A DNA stretch of 40,000 nucleotides, taken from sequence record MW749003.1; one strand, written 5' to 3'. Below are positions 39,287-40,000 of the stretch, in pieces (position 1 is the stretch's first letter; each line of letters starts with the position of its first letter). The DNA is from Bacillus phage vB_BspM_Internexus. Under the pieces are notes generated by a model. The model saw only the letters and a list, made by a program, of their open reading frames with translations. It searched no databases and had not been told where the DNA came from. The position numbers were made by a program, and so were the translations under genes.

Positions 39287-40000
39287 TTATGTTAGTTTAG
39301 TTAATAGGATTCTAAATCCATTTACACTAACAGGAGAATATTGAATACTAGTTATATTTTTATCTGGAAATTGGTTTCTTATATAATTTTCAGTTTCTTC
39401 ATTTTCAGGTATAGCAAAATAATCCAAAATGGAGTTATCACTATTTTCAAATGTTATAAAAGCACCATATAATTTGTACTCAAATCCTTCTATTCCATGA
39501 GTTTTCTTATATTCAGTAATTATCTTATCAGATATTCCCATAGTTTCTAAAGCAGTTAATATCATTTTTTCAGAAAGATCACCAAGTTTGTCAATACTCT
39601 TTAATCTTTTCTTACTCATATAATCTATTAATTTACTTAGATTATCTAAACCATTCCGTCTTAATAAGTTAAACGTTCTTAAGTCTAGTAAATCTTTATC
39701 AATTTGATATGTTAAATTTTTCTTTCTTTTACCTTCTTGTATTTCTTCATTTTTACATTTTTCAAATGCTGTCCATACTAACTGATTTACTCTTGCTGAT
39801 GATAGATTTACGATCTGTCCTACTTCTTCATTAGAAAGTATTCTATCTCCACCAAATTTTATAATTACTGTCTGTAATTCATTATTCGTAATCACATCTT
39901 TGTTTCTTTTAAAGAATTTAATTACATCCTCTAATTCATAATTAATTCCAAAGTATTCTATTATTTCCTTGTCAATATTTCTTCTCTCTTTTCGTACCAA
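39287..40000 (-). CDS. sigma-region-4-like HTH + RNAP alpha-CTD-like protein (probably partial at the right edge)
   Basis: LSNEEVGQIVNLSSARVNQLVWTAFEKCK (sigma4 HTH), DLRTFNLLRRNGLDNLSKLIDYMSKKRLKSIDKLGDLSEKMILTALETMGI (alphaCTD-like HhH). Confidence 0.75.
   Translation of the reverse strand: MVRKERRNIDKEIIEYFGINYELEDVIKFFKRNKDVITNNELQTVIIKFGGDRILSNEEVGQIVNLSSARVNQLVWTAFEKCKNEEIQEGKRKKNLTYQIDKDLLDLRTFNLLRRNGLDNLSKLIDYMSKKRLKSIDKLGDLSEKMILTALETMGISDKIITEYKKTHGIEGFEYKLYGAFITFENSDNSILDYFAIPENEETENYIRNQFPDKNITSIQYSPVSVNGFRILLTKLT

Noticed and set aside
1-40000. CRISPR array, tRNA genes, retron or reverse transcriptase
   Set aside because: No regularly spaced direct repeats, no recognised tRNA cloverleaf with GGTTCGANNCC, no YxDD-type reverse transcriptase in the ORFs. 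Recurrent identical strings are intron core elements.

Overview
AT-rich (~30% GC) window from a large Bacillus/Firmicutes-type tailed phage. Supported genes: VWA-domain protein (partial), Nudix hydrolase, PIN-PhoH ATPase, holin-like protein, AAA+ ATPase, RecA-like recombinase, PC4/YdbC-like ssDNA-binding protein, NAD-dependent DNA ligase, HU-like protein, T4 gp21-type prohead protease, acidic scaffold-like protein, major capsid protein candidate, M48-like membrane metalloprotease, and a sigma-region-4 + alpha-CTD-like protein. RNA polymerase beta is encoded as separate N-terminal (29376-30866) and C-terminal (17486-20833) genes. The main observation is that ORFs that look truncated are exons. 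I reconstruct five group I introns: two in an HD-domain/RpoB-C-terminus-like gene (36-codon middle exon), one in the RNAP beta-C gene within the NPLGVFNRLN motif, one in ligA, and one in the prohead protease gene (minus strand). Each has P/Q/R/S core elements, a U.G-ended P1 and a terminal G, and each restores a continuous conserved protein. Two introns carry full EDxHD-type homing-endonuclease ORFs whose 3' ends read into the ribozyme P7 strand, and the ligA intron carries a short remnant. Other candidates for follow-up: a common LxE|(A/G) cleavage motif in probable head proteins, a +1 frame discontinuity upstream of the AAA+ ATPase, a leader peptide with a sequestered Shine-Dalgarno, an ADP-ribosyltransferase-like ORF and a HhH-glycosylase-like ORF. 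No CRISPR array or tRNA was recognised. All homology calls are from motif reading by eye; no database search was run.
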